The notes: a model not told the origin generated them from the letters alone. A stretch of 64,000 bases of DNA from the human T2T-CHM13v2.0 reference genome, Homo sapiens (GCF_009914755.1 NC_060930.1); one strand, 5' to 3'; shown: positions 1 through 14,457, counted from the stretch's first letter. Made by a program: numbers and translations.

Positions 1-29
1 TAAAGAAAATTTTTTCCTTTTGAATTAAA

Positions 30-330
30 ACTACTTTAATCAAGGTTGATGGATACAAAATCAACATATAAAATCAATGTATTTTATGCCAGCAATATAC
101 AGTCACAAAATATAATTATTAGAAACTTCTCATTTCTAATTATAATGGAAATTTACATATAAGAATATAACAAAAAACATGTACAACCTTTATGGAAAAA
201 ATTATACTTCATTAAAAGATATTAATGATGACCTAAGTAAATGGAGAGAGATAACCCATGATAATGGATAGAAGAGTCAATACCAGAAAAAAGAGTGAAT
301 TTTCCCTAACTTAATCTAAAAATTCAACCC
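30..330 (+). mobile_element. Ancient L1M ORF2 fragment
   Basis: Degenerate L1 ORF2 sequence (caaggttgatggatacaaaatcaacatataaaatcaat...). Confidence 0.65.
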
Positions 331-639
331 CTTCCAGTTGAAAGCATAATAGGCAGTTTCAGTAGAATCAGTGGGGGTGTGGGCTCCTAGGTTTCTGGTC
401 AGCAGCGGAAATGTGGTTTCAGCTCGAGCAGTGGAAGCAGAAAGTGCAGGCTTGTGGGCTCCCAACCCAGCCATGGTAGCGGCTTTCTGATCCCTAGGTA
501 ACTTCTGCATTTTGTTCCACCAGTCTTTCCTACACTTTTATAACTAACTGTGCATGAAATTCCTCTCTGTTTGAATTATCTCCAGTGGTTTCTGTTTTCC
601 TGACTAGACATTGACTGATACAGTCATACATATGTAGAT

Positions 640-1023
640 GTCATGATCTGAAAATTCGTATGTTGAAGCCCTACCCACCATCAATGTGATGATATTGGAA
701 GATGGGTCTTTTGGAGGTAATTAGAGTTAGATGAGGTCCTAAGGGTGGGGCCCTTGTATGGGATTAGTGCCCTTATGATGAGAGACACACCAGAGAGCTT
801 GCTGTCTCTCCACATCTGTGCATACAAAGAAATGGTCCTGTGAGCACACAGTGAGATGGCAGCCACCTACAAGTCAAGAGAGAAAGCCCTGGAATAAAAC
901 CTACCTTGCTGTCACATTAATGTTGGACTTCCTAGCCTCAAGAGCTGTAAGAAATACATTTCTGTTGTTTAAGCTGACCAGATTGTGGTATTTTTTGAAT
1001 AGCAGCTCAAGCTGACAAAGACA
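640..1023 (+). mobile_element. MLT1A-type MaLR LTR
   Basis: tatgttgaagccct...gaggtaattag...gggattagtgcccttat...tgtggtatttt...gacaaagaca. Confidence 0.75.
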
Positions 1024-1049
1024 GTGGGCAATAAAAATGTAAAGAAATG

Positions 1050-1410
1050 CCTCAAGATTCATATGTTGAAATCTCAATCCTCAGAATGCAACCATATATG
1101 GAGATGAGATCTTCAAATGGTGATTAAGTTAAAATGAGGTCATTGGAGTGAAGCCCTAGTCCAATATGACTGATGGCCTTAAAAGAAGAAGGAAAGATAC
1201 CAGCCAGGGGTGTGTATACACAAATAGATGACCATGTTAAAAGACAGCAGGAGGGCAACCAGCTGTTAGCCTGAGAAGTGTCAGAGGAAACCAACCATGC
1301 TGGCACCATGATCTGGAGCTTCCAGCCTTCAGAACTGTGAAGAAATAATTTCTCTTGTTTAAGCCACTCAGTCTGTGGTATTTTGCTATGATCACCTTAG
1401 CAAACTAACA
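1050..1410 (+). mobile_element. MLT1B/C-type MaLR LTR
   Basis: gattaagttaaaatgaggtcatt...ccaatatgactg...ttccagccttcagaactgtga...gcaaactaaca. Confidence 0.75.
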
Positions 1411-1438
1411 GAATATAAAAGTAAAGTCAAGAAAGTGT

Positions 1439-1745
1439 TGCCAGGCGTGGTGTCTCCCACCTGTGTAATCCCAGCACTTCAAGAGGCCAAGACTGGTGGA
1501 TTGCATGATCTCAGGAGTTTGAGACTAGCCTGAGCAACATGGTGAAATCCTGTCAAAAAATACAAATCCTACAAAAAATACAAAAATTAGCTGGACATGA
1601 TGGCAGGTGCCTGCAGTCCTAGCTATTCGGGAGGTTGAGGTGGGAGGATCGCTTGAGCCCAGGAGGCGGAAGTTGCAGTGAGCCCACTGCATTCCAGCCT
1701 GGGGGATAGAGCTAGACCTTGTCTCAAAAAAGGAAAGAAAGAAAG
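1439..1745 (+). mobile_element. Alu (AluJ-like)
   Basis: Dimeric Alu with A-rich tail, highly diverged. Confidence 0.9.
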
Positions 1746-2927
1746 TATCAAATGTTAACTAAGAGGAAAAATTTTAATGGCAGTAGAAAAATGGGCTGAG
1801 GGAAAAGAAAAAAGAGACAAAATAAGAAATAAGATAAAGGCTCAATAAATGTCTTCCTCCTTTTTCTCCATAAAATCCTATATATGTTATTTTCTTTTAT
1901 AAAGGAAGAAAAGTTTTTGGCTTTATTTTTCCTTTGTTAATGGAAAGACCAAGTGAAGAACTAAGCAATTACCCAAGGAACTAAACTCATATAAAAAATC
2001 AATAATTCAGGTTAAATCCCTCCTTTTTTTCCCCCTTGGAAATGCTTTTCAAACTCACAACATCTATATAACTGCCTTCTTTTACTTTCCTCTGCAGATA
2101 ATGCTAATGTTTCACCAATTCAAATGCAGGATATAAGACATACCTAACAGCAAAATCTCAAGAGCAACAACAATAAAAAATGAAATTATGATGAAACCAC
2201 AGTAAGGAAAAACCCAAAACCTATGGGAAACTGACTGTAAATCTGAAATGCATTCTTCCACAGATAAGATGATTACATAATTTGCAGTTGAAGTGTCCAG
2301 GATATTAATGTTTTTGAAAGACTATGGTTTTAAGTAGAGTTGGGAAAAAAAGTATAGTAAAACAAAAGAGTAAAATCTTCATGTAAATTATTTTTTTAAA
2401 GGCAAGAATACTTACAAACATTTTTACAATGGCAACAAATCCAGATGGTACTTAAAGTCAGTTTCCTGGATGATCTGCCAACTGAAAAAGTTTGCAGTGG
2501 GTTAAAAAGTCATAGCCTCTGTGGGCTGTAAAGGAGACTTACAGGGAGAATTTGGTAAATTTGGGAAAAATAAGAATACCAGACTAGAAAGCTCACTCTT
2601 GGAGCCTGGCAGGTGTGTGTCCCTTATCTGAACCAAACACAAGCACAACTGTCTGCACATTCAAGCCTTCTTGGCTCAAGGTTCTGGGAAGCACGGCATC
2701 ATTTTTGTAGCTCTGATTTTTTATGGTTTAATTGTGAAGGCAAGCATTTTTTGAGAGGGCATTTCTGAATAAGACTTGTTTTTAGAGCTATGATTCTCAT
2801 AAGAGGGGAAAAAATATCAGAAATAGAATCTGCAAGGAGCTTTGTCAAAAGAAATGCATTCTCACATGCCCCTTCTTTTGGGAAGCCGTGGAGGGGTGGC
2901 ACTGGCGGGATAGAAATAGGTGAACTC

Positions 2928-3067
2928 CGGGAGGCTGAGGCAGGAGAATGGTGTGAACCCGGGAGGCGGAGCTTGCAGTGAGCCGAGATCCCGCCACTGC
3001 ACTCCAGCCTGAGCGACAGAGCGAGACTCCATCTCAAAAAAAAAAAAAAAAAGAAAAAAGAAAAAAA
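2928..3067 (+). mobile_element. 5'-truncated young Alu (AluY, Ya5-type diagnostic) with 17-bp TSD
   Basis: Right arm only; GAGATCCCGCCACTGC; TSD agaaataggtgaactcc at 2912-2928 and 3068-3084. Confidence 0.9.
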
Positions 3068-3212
3068 AGAAATAGGTGAACTCCCTCTGGCATGCATGGT
3101 AGGGGGGTGGTGGGGAAAGGTTGAGAATCAACTACATAGAAAAACAAATGTTGAAAAATATTTTGCAGCAATAAGAAAGCAGTTTTTAAAACTGAGAATT
3201 TTCATCTTAGTT

Positions 3213-3263
3213 TTTATTTCTTTTATAACATATTTGCTTTAAAATTTTCTTACAAAATTTATT
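3213..3263 (-). terminator. Candidate polyadenylation signals of SLC22A16 (AATAAA at 3263-3258 and 3218-3213)
   Basis: tttatt on the + strand at 3213-3218 and 3258-3263, with U-rich sequence downstream on the minus strand; a third AATAAA (3373-3368) overlaps the stop codon. Confidence 0.75.
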
Positions 3264-3368
3264 AAAAAGACATACAAACAACATATGGGAGATGAGAATA
3301 AGATTCCTCTAATACAAAGGCATTAGGGTAAATAATATTTCAGGTGCTAGACAGCAGGCATGGCACAT

Positions 3369-3581
3369 TTATTCACCAAGACCAGAATCCCTGGGGGTAA
3401 TCGCTTCCGTTTTTTCCAGCCCACTATTATTAGTTGTGAGAAGTAATTTGCTTGACTTGCTTTCATTCTCTGACTCCAGTTTTGCAGCCTCCTCCCAAGT
3501 AGTTGCTAGCCGTTTCCCAAGGGTTTCTGGAAGCTTTAGTGTTAACACTCCACTCAGGAGGGCCATAGTCCCAACAAACAA
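3369..3581 (-). CDS. SLC22A16: SLC22A16 exon 8 coding part (213 nt incl. TAA)
   Basis: Acceptor ccttctag|TTG; encodes LFVGTMALLSGVLTLKLPETLGK...DSGLGE*. Confidence 0.96.
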   Translation of the reverse strand: MFVGTMALLSGVLTLKLPETLGKRLATTWEEAAKLESENESKSSKLLLTTNNSGLEKTEAITPRDSGLGE

Positions 3582-5163
3582 CTAGAAGGAATTAAAAATA
3601 ATGATAAGTGACACATCAAGAAAGGAACGAACCCTTCGGAGAATAGAATTTCCTAACTGTTTTCAGAGGGTAATGGATTTGAATTTGACATAACAGTTGT
3701 CACTGTGATTACTCGGTGAGATCTTTGGTTACTTGTGCTGGACTTCGAGTTCTTTTCCTCATCAACGAGGTTTAATCTCATCACTCACTCATTCATTCCT
3801 TCATGACCCACCATGGAGTGCCTCCTTAATTGCCAGCTACTGCCTGCATTATTACTCCTGAAGGTGCTGTCCTAGGAGCTGTGGTCAGAAAGAAAAAAGA
3901 CACTTACCCCATCTTTCCAGACCCCAGAATCTTGTGGAGAAGACAAGTAACTGAGCCCTGGGTCAGGACATGTCAAGCAGGGACTGTCTTAGTCAACCCT
4001 GTCCCTGCCCCAATAATCAGTACACTATCAGGGTTCAGTAAATGATAGGGAATGAATGAATGAAAACAGGTTTCAATCAACCAGAATCTACGGAATTTGG
4101 GGGAAGCTAAACAAAGGCAGTGAAAACAAATTGCTACTTTATGGGGCAGGGATCCATATAATTTCCTATACAGTTCGGTGTGATTTCTTTATTTTCCAGA
4201 TTTTGACACATAAAAGGCAGCCTTTTAGACTAGCGCCAAGGCGTTTGCTTTTAAAAATGCAGGTCACATTAAAAATTAAAGTCTGCATATCTATTCTCTG
4301 TTTATCATCATGAAGATGCTGGGTGGTTTTTATTAACAGAGCTAAATCTCTATACAATCCGTAAAAACACAATCTGTCCTTACTTAATTCAAACTCCTTT
4401 AGCAAAATATATTTGCTGGAAAGACCCTATAAAAATAAATTAAGGTGTGGCTTTTCTGATAAATCTACACACTTGGTATGTTTATAGCCTCTGAAAATGA
4501 GAATCATAAAATACATAGAGCAAGTGTGAAGTGATGCCAGATCACATCCATAACAGACGAGACCTGGGAAGGCAGTTTTTCATTTTGTTTTGCAGAGCAC
4601 TGATAACCTAATTCTTAGAAATATACGAAATATATGAGTAAGCTTAACCCAGACGCAGTAGCAGAATTTCAAGTGACATTCCAAAGGAATTTTAAAGACG
4701 TTTTCTGGTCTCTCAAGACACGGCAAGTATATCCAGTGATCTAGAAACCCCAGAAGAGCCCTAAGTCAGGATCTGAAAAACACTGAGGAAGTCTAAAAGC
4801 AAAATAGAATCAAATGGAAGATCCAGAACAGAATGGAATTTTTCTTCTTAGCTTGGTAGTAAGCCTAGTCAGGCAGGAAACAAATCATACCTCTCCACCT
4901 CCTCCTCACTCCTGCTTCCCTGACCAGCTCCCCACAATCCCCCAAACCCCAAACCAAACTTTGAAATAAGTCCCCCCTTTCCCACCCCTCCCTCCTCCTG
5001 GAGGGAGGCCAGGCGGATCCTTTCACACTCTCCAGACCCCACTGCCTCTCACCTCCTCCTCAGAGATCTCCCTCCATCCATCGTCCAACCTCCTTCTCAC
5101 ATATTTTTGATCTTTTCCTTTCTGCTGGCTATTTTCCCTTGGCAAAAAGAAAAGCTCTCAAAG

Positions 5164-6030
<867 letters not shown>

Positions 6031-6086
6031 TTACTGCATGCATATATATATATATTCTTAGCTTGGTAGTAAGACTAGTCAGGCAG

Positions 6087-6269
6087 TCGGGTTCAAGCGA
6101 TTCTCCTGCCTCAGCCTCCCGAGTAGCTGGGACTACAGGCACGCACCACCACGCTCGGCTAATATTTGTATTTTTAGTAGAGACGGGGTGTCGCCATATT
6201 GGCCAGGCTGGTCCCAAACCCCTGGCCCCCCAAAGTGTGGGATTACTTGTGTGAGCCACCGCGCCTGCC
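6087..6269 (-). mobile_element. 3'-truncated, internally deleted Alu
   Basis: gggttcaagcgattctcctgcc...gagccaccgcgcctgcc; no poly(T) tail; part of the left arm missing. Confidence 0.85.
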
Positions 6270-6959
6270 CTACTGCTATTATATATTGAAAAACAAGATG
6301 TTTCTTAATATTCCATCATTACTGCTGTTGTATCTTTTAAATCACCATACCTGGCATTTCCCCACTCCAGCCCTTCTCTTCGGGACTGGTGGTGATTTGC
6401 TCTCCTGCCCTTCCCACCAGACTGTACATCTCTCAAGACAGGCTATTTCTTTCATCTGCTCCTTAGCACCTAGCAGGGTGGCTAGTTCAAAACCAACACT
6501 CAGTCAACGATTGCCAAATGAGTTAATGAGCACATAAAAAGCTAATTACGTGTCCACCTTTTTTAGATTACTAGAAAATAATGGTTAATAACAAAAGCAT
6601 CAGAACGAGTGATTTTTCATGTGCCTCTTTTCAAAAGAGAAAATATAAACATCTTCCAGATCAGAGTTTTCATTTCTCAAAATGAAAACACTGGCTCCCC
6701 AGGCAGTTTGACATCCATAAACAAGTTTAATGGGAAATCTGATTTTTTTTTTGACTCATTACAAACAATAGGTAATACTCCTTAGATCCAAAGGAAGCAC
6801 ATTCACAGACTACTTCCATAAATATACACCACACCCTGTGGCCAGAGCTGTCTTAGAGAAGGGATGGGCCACTCAGGGACAGGCTGGACAAGGAGCTGAC
6901 TGCTCTGTGCTCACTTTTGTATAGATTGTTTGTTGGACCTTGTGTAAAAGGCAAAGGAG

Positions 6960-7456
<497 letters not shown>

Positions 7457-9666
7457 TTAAATAAAATTAGAGATCCCTTCTGAGTCCGTAGTCCTTAATT
7501 GAGCCTTACAGAAATCCATTAAAAATATATTTATTTGGTTTTATTTCTGGTAATTACCTTTTATAAATTTATCTATTTTATATTTGCATGTTTCAACTTA
7601 TTATTTTAATAAACACTTTCTCATTTTATCTTTTTTGAAAAAAAATAATAAGGAAAACAAGTGCTAGCACAAAGGAGATTCTTCTAGAAAAGTTCATGAC
7701 CTAAAAAGGGTGGTAGACTCCCCCAAAACACCTCCCACACAGCCCACATGGTTTCTTAACCTCAGAGTCAGTCTGAGAAAGTGGCTGGGATCTAACACCC
7801 CAATGGCACATCCAAGCGCTTTACTGAGCGCCTGCTCCGGGGACATGGGAGACACTCATGCCAAGCCAGCGATTCCCGAAGAGCCGTATGTGTACCTGCT
7901 GTGTGTACAAGGCAACTCCAGGGGATACCAAGCACTGTTTTATTACTTGTGAGATTACGTTAGTGTCTTTTAGAAAAACACATAATTAGTATAACACCCA
8001 TGACTTCACTGATATTATTGTTTAGGACAAAGCTAATTTCCAAAAGTCAATCTATTTGATTTAAAATAGCAGGTGAATGACAGCATGGGTGGCACACAAG
8101 CTGAGGGAAACACTTGGCTAGGCCCAGCTGTGGGGATGCAAATGTCCTGCTCTGCAAAGCACAACAGCCTGACTGGGGCGATGAAGACACACGCACAAAT
8201 AATAAAGCCACACTGCGACAGCAACTGAAAGAGGCACCCACTAAATGCTGTACAGACATGCTTGAGAAAAGGAGAGGCGGGGTCACTAGATCTGGCTGGC
8301 CTCCTGGAAAGCGGATACCTGGAAGGCTACTTAACAGGTACATGAGAGAGGAGCGCTGTCTTTGGAGGGGCCGTTTGGGCAGTGGCATGGAAGGGGAGGA
8401 GGTGGGATGAGGACAGGGAGGAGAAGGGAAGGCTTGCAGTGGGGCTGAGTCTGGAGAGGAGGGGAAGCTGCATGAGGAATAGAACAGGGGAGCTGTGCAG
8501 GGGGTCAATCGGGAAAAGCCCTGGATATCAGCTGAGTTTGGACTTTTATTCTGAAGCTGACAGGGGCACTGGGTCATGGCCATGGTGCCTTCTGTGCTAC
8601 CCAGACAGGGTGGGGGATGAAGCGCAAGGAGAAGACTGGGAGGCACTGGGACCAGGCATGCAGGGGTAGTTTTGAAGGAGAATGTGAGGATTTGGTGATG
8701 AAAGAACAGGATGAATAAGAAGCCGATGCCACAGTGTCATGCTTGAGGCCACTGACCTATCCTTAACCAAAAGTGGGAGACAGGTGTCACTGGCCAGTTC
8801 TACTTGGGAGACATTGAGTTTGTGGTGAAACATCCAGGGAGAATGTACATGAGGCTGGAGGAAATCCTCGCCTGAAGCCAGGATGAGAGGTGATGCATGC
8901 AGGGGGCGGGGAGGAGGCTGGGAGGGAATCCGGCAGCCTGAGTCTAAGGGGCAATCAGAAAAGAGAAAGGAGGCACTGGAGGGGAGGGAGAGGGAGGAGC
9001 TGCAGGCTGGCAAGTCACACCTGCCCTCCACCCATCCCGCATCTTCTTCCTGAGCAGAAGAGTCCACTAAAGCCAGGTGCAGCAGTGCTCACGTGCCTTC
9101 CCAGCCTCTCAGCCCCTACCTGAGGATCTGCAAACTAAGCGTCCCTGCTCTCACTCTTTGAAAGCCAGGCAAATGGCTCACACTGCTGGAGCCCCTCAGG
9201 TTCAGGTCAACTGAGAACCATGGGTTCCTAATGCTCTCCATTAGGCATCACATAATCTTTTTGGAGCAGGCAGCCCCCAGAATTCGCCTTGCCCAGCAGG
9301 CACTCAGTGGGAACACAGAGGCAAGGCCAGGCCAGCGGGTGGGGGCAGATGCCCTGAGGAGGACAGAGACCAGAGCTCTCCCTTCCCCAGGCCTGGCTTC
9401 CAGGCAAGGGTGAGGACATGCCCTTTTGTGGCAGGCAGAGTTGTAATGAACAGCTCAGCAGTGGTGGAAGGCCACCAATGGCCAATCGCACAGCAGCCAC
9501 CACCCTACTCACCAACTGGCCAGCTGTTGGTAATGGGGTTGTTTCTACAAACCCCATTAGGAAATGATGTACTGGCTTTCAGTAAATAACAATAGAGAAG
9601 TTGCTAATAGGCAATTAGAAACTGCCTCCGTGCCCCCTTGGGGAGGGTCTGCAAACTGAAGCACAC

Positions 9667-9766
9667 CTGTGGTATGAAGATCCAAATGCTGCTGAGGTCC
9701 ACAGAGAACGGCGCCAGGATGCTGGCCAGGCGACACACCATGCTGCCGCTTCCCACAGCCAGCGAT
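9667..9766 (-). CDS. SLC22A16: SLC22A16 exon 7 (100 nt)
   Basis: Acceptor ctgtttccag|A, donor CAG|GTGTGC; encodes SLAVGSGSMVCRLASILAPFSVDLSSIWIFIPQ. Confidence 0.96.
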
Positions 9767-9877
9767 CTGGAAACAGAGGAGAGAGGCTGAGACAAGTAAG
9801 GCACAAGTGACCCAGGGATTGAGGGACCTGCTTCCTGCAGCTCCTTTCCCACGCTCCCCAGCAAGGATAAGGGTGGT

Positions 9878-10204
9878 CAGGCAGCGCATTACAACGTTTC
9901 AGTCAACCTCGGTGGCCCCGCGAGATTATAATAGCACATTTTTACTCGACTTTTTCTATCTTTCAATATGTTTAGATACACAAATATTTACCATTGTGTT
10001 ACGACTGCCTGCAGTATTCAGTGCAGTAACATGCTGTGGAGGGTCACAGCCGAGGAGGAATAAGCTGTGCCACATAGCCTGGGTGTGTAGTATGCTGGGC
10101 CATCTAGGTTTGTGTAAGTTCACTCTATGATGTTCTGACAACCACGAAATCACCAAAGGATGCATTTCTCAAAACGGTGCCCATCATTAAGCAACACATG
10201 ACCG
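9878..10204 (+). mobile_element. Tigger3a (Golem) non-autonomous DNA transposon
   Basis: acaacgtttcagtcaac...agattataat...atgtttagatacacaaata...aagcaacacatgaccg; homologous to the copies at 49619 and 61548. Confidence 0.8.
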
Positions 10205-11784
10205 TAAAAAAACGTAAGCTTGAAAATAATTTTACTTAAATTTTTCAAGAATCACAATACCTACATTTTGTGAAACAGTGGTGTATATAAGCATGCACAT
10301 AATTCAAGACAATTCATGACAAAAAAGAGGTAGGAGTGTGGAGGTAAGCCATTCTTCATCTGCTGTGCAGGTGAGGCCCTTGTGTGTACTGATCCAGCCT
10401 AACATTAAGAATAATAAGGTCTTCTAGAGCAGGAATTTGTTTCAGGTAGGGAGTGGGAATTTGAGAGAACAAAGTATCTGTATACCTGTGTACTGTTCTA
10501 TTTCAACTTTTTAGAGTCAAGGAATATCTTAATGTGCTTTTCTTTAAAGGTTACTTAGAGAAAATGTATAGAATGTTAGTAAGGAAAGACTGTCCTTTTA
10601 TGTGAGTAAGTACCTCTATAAATTAACGGTGCCTCATCTTTTCCAGTCACACACATTTATAAAGAACTGATAAAAAGTATGGCATTCTTCTGAGAAAGAA
10701 ATCATACATAAGTAAAATTTTGCATGCAGTGTTAGGGTGTTTAGGGAGCTCATAGAGTTGGTTAAAGATTTCCTGTATTAAATATTTACATATTGGATTT
10801 TTTTGAGGTCATGTACCTGTGGTTGTAAACCAACAACCAAGCCAACAAAGAAAAGATCTTAAAAAATACTATAATATTCATAATTGCAATGCACATTGAC
10901 ATTATTTGATGGGATTGTCACCTTCTTAGCATATAACATGCATTCACTCAGCACATGTGTGTCAAGAGTCTAATATGTGCCAGGCACTGCATGGATCTGG
11001 TCCAATCTGAATTCTGAACTGGGAAAATCTGAAGCTTTTCCTGGCTGAGCAGAAATCCACCTGAGAGGCCAGAAGGGTCCCACAGGACATGACAAAGATA
11101 TTCTCCCTGATTTAGAGCAGCTTCTTCCCTGGGTCAGCCACAACGGAGCCAAAGCCACAACGCAAGTTGGCAATTATGCAACTTCACTCTCTATTGCATT
11201 CAACTAGTCTCCACCATTGTCAGCCTGTAAGTGCTAGAATGTAATCTGTTATTCTGACTGTCTGCTACTGTACATCTGTGCAGGGCTGCCACTTTCACAA
11301 TATGATCTGAGAAGAGTCCACAAAGCCCTTACCCCAAAATACCTTCTTCCCCTCTGCTACTAAAGCTCTACTGCTAGCAACTTATCCCCCGCTAATGTTA
11401 AGCACTGTCTCCCATAAAAATTCTCATGTATTTCACTGGGTGACAGATAGGGCCAAAAGATGTGGATTTGAGTTCTGATGGGTCACTGACTAGCCAGATG
11501 CCTTTGGCCACGACCCTAATCTTGTGTGAATTCCAGTTCCACAACCTGTAAAATGGACAGAAGATGTATTTATTATTAGACTGCGAGAGTGGTCTAATAA
11601 TAGCACTCTGGGTGACCTAGAGGGGAAGTATGGAGGAAGAAGAAAAACTCTACTCTCAGACAACTGGGCTAATAGACAATTACATAGGGAGTTATTCCTC
11701 TGCTATTCTATACCCCTGGTCACATATTAGTCTGATAAACTTTTTTCTTAGATATATATGTGTACCTACTCTATCTATCCATTC

Positions 11785-11815
11785 TTCCATCCCTCCATCC
11801 ATCCATCCATCCATC
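11785..11815 (+). repeat. (CCAT)n microsatellite
   Basis: ccatccctccatccatccatccatccatc. Confidence 0.85.
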
Positions 11816-12454
11816 TAGATATCCATTAATCTATCTACAGTCAACACAAATGTACTTACCCATCCTGGTCCACAGGGCTGCCTGCCCTAGCATTTCAGCA
11901 GGCAGGTGTGTGGGCATGGAAAATTCCTAGGGAAGGATTTATGCTATCTCTTGACTAATGGATTTTCTAGGTCCTACATCCCTCCTGCTTGTGGAGACAA
12001 GGAGGAGGCATCTCTGGGCTGGTGTTATATGGACTTATCTCTATAGAAAGTCACTTGCCTTTCACACTTGTAACACATGACAAATAACATACTCCTAAAT
12101 GGGATGAACCCACTAGCTAAGCAGTTAGATTTTTTAATAAGTTTCCTGTGAAAAACCTTAATATCTTGTTTGTTTATTTGTTGCCATTAAGATTGGGTCT
12201 TTAATAGGCTAAGAAATTATCCAAGCTAACAAATTTTTTCCCTTAGAAAATGAAAACTTCCATTGATAAAGCAGGTGTTAGGAAAATGCCACTTGGAGGA
12301 TTTAAGGGAGGACTGCAGATAGGAAACTATTACGGAATTTCACAGAGGGAGATCTGTGGGACAAGTGTCTCTTGGCAGCAGTGTGACCCTAATCACTATT
12401 TACACTTTAAAATACAGGATCATTTTGCAAAAAAAAGAGTCAAAAAGTCTGACG

Positions 12455-12752
12455 GGCCGGACGCAGTGGCTCACACCTGTAATCCTAGCGCTTTGGGAGG
12501 CCAAGGAGGGTGGATCACTTGAGGTCAGGAGTTTGAGACCAGCCTGGCCAACATGGTGAAACCCTGTCTCTACTAAAATACAAAAATTAGCCGGGCATGG
12601 TGGTGCACACCTGCAATCCCAGCTACTCAGGAGGCTGAGGCAGGAGAATCACCTGAACCTGGGAGGTAAGGTTGCAGTGAGCCAAGATCACACCATTTCA
12701 CTCCAGCCTGGGCAACAGAGTGAGACTCTGTCTCAAAAAAAATAAAATAAAA
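12455..12752 (+). mobile_element. Alu (AluS)
   Basis: Full dimer. Confidence 0.92.
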
Positions 12753-13193
12753 TCCAATGGAGAATCAGAGAAAAGATCCCTTCCCTTTATAGCTGGGGTC
12801 CCAGCTGTGTGTCTTGCACCAGGTACTTGATCTCCCTGGTCTCAGCTGTCTTATCTGGACATGAGGGCTGCAACAAGAAGTGTGGTTTACAAAGGATGTA
12901 CTGTTAAGGCCTGGAAGTTCTGCTGCAGCCCCCTGGAGCAAGAAGGCAGGAGCACTGGGGGGATTCCAGGTACTCAACAGAGCTTCCACAAAGGACCTCC
13001 GTCCTCTTCACCACATAAAGAGTTTCCAAGTAAAATGTGTTTGGAAAAGCTTTGTAAAAGCTTGGAAGTCCCTGAGGTTCCCAGATCAGTGGGAATCACA
13101 TCAGACATTCCCAAAGGGTGTCGGGGGGGCGGGTGGGGCGGGCAGGGTGGCAACTCAGAGTCACCTGCAGACTTGTTAAAAATCCCGAGTCTC

Positions 13194-13490
13194 GGCTAGG
13201 CGTGGTGGCTCATGCCTGTAATCCCAACACTTTGGGAGGCCAAGGCTGGCGGATCACGAGGTCAGGAGTTCGAGACCAGCCTGACCAACATGGTGAAACC
13301 CCGTCTCTACTAAAAATACAAAAATTAGCCGGGTGTAGTGGCATGCACGTGTAATCCCAGCTACTCTGGAGGCTGAGGCAAGAGAATTGCTTGAACCCAG
13401 GAGGCGGAGCTTGCAGTGAACCAAGATCACACCACTGCACTCCAGCCTGGGCAACAGAATGAGACTCCATCTCGAAAAAAGAAAAAAAAA
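13194..13490 (+). mobile_element. Alu (AluSg-like) inside a MER5-type hAT element (~13150-13605)
   Basis: ggatcacgaggtcaggagttc diagnostic; degenerate TSD aaaaatccc.agt.tc; flanks resemble MER5. Confidence 0.85.
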
Positions 13491-13637
13491 TCCCCAGTGT
13501 CATTCTTGGATTGATCCAGCAGGTCTGGTGTAAGGACCCAAGACTGATATTTTTTATGAAATACCTCAATGACTCTGACGAGCTGCCAGCTTTGAGAACC
13601 TCCAGATAAGGTAATCTCAGGGAGCCAATGATTACTG

Positions 13638-14024
13638 ATGTTATGGGCTAAGTTGTCCCTCCCAAAGTTCAAGTGTTGAAGTCTGAATCCCTAGTACTTT
13701 ATGATGTAATGGTATTTGTAGATAAGGTCTTTAAAGAGGTGATTAAGTTAAAATGAGGCTGTTAGGGTGAGGCCGTAATCCAATATGGCTGGTGTCTTAT
13801 ATGAAGAGGGAGGGACATCAGCGGTGCACACAGAGGTAAGACCCCTTGAGGACATAGCAAGAGGGCACCACCTGAAGACCACAGAGCGAGGCCTCAGGAG
13901 AATCCAAACCTGCCGACACCTTGTTCTTGGACTTCCAGCCTCCAGTACTGTGAGAAAATAAATTTCTATTGTTTAAGCCACCCAGCCTGTGGTATTTTGT
14001 TACAGCAGCCCACTCAGACTAACA
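13638..14024 (+). mobile_element. MLT1B-type MaLR LTR
   Basis: tgttatgggct...aaagaggtgattaagttaaaatgagg...cagactaacaca. Confidence 0.85.
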
Positions 14025-14347
14025 CAATTGGCATCAGAACATCGAGAGACACATCCTGAGAAATTACCTTTGAGTCAATACAGAGACTCAGTGGAAGTCT
14101 ATGGTACTTGAAACTTAAAATGTTTTTGGAATAATAGAGTGTTATTTCAAAATAATTCGTCTAATATCCTCACTAATAGGGTACAAAGCCTCAGACTCAA
14201 AATGAGTATCAGCATGTCATTTTCCCATCTCAGAGATCCAGGTAACTTCTATAAAAAAGAAGCATTTACATGTAAAGGCCAAATACAATGAAATGACACA
14301 CAAGTGAAAGATAATAGGAAAACAACCAGAAAACAATTCATCCTTAC

Positions 14348-14457
14348 CTTACAATGGTTGGATACAGCTCAGCTGTATAAAGATAAATGAGGCCAAATGC
14401 TGCCCCGATGGCAAATTTTCCAACCATAGCTGTCACCACACCCAAAATATAATGTTT
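14348..14457 (-). CDS. SLC22A16: SLC22A16 exon 6 (110 nt)
   Basis: Acceptor tttttttcag|A, donor AG|GTAAGG; encodes [37 protein letters not shown]. Confidence 0.96.

Noticed and set aside
8047-9123. Cluster of 95-199-aa Pro/Ser-rich ORFs in intron 7
   Set aside because: Purine/pyrimidine-skewed, probably L2-derived sequence; no domain and no splice-consistent exon.
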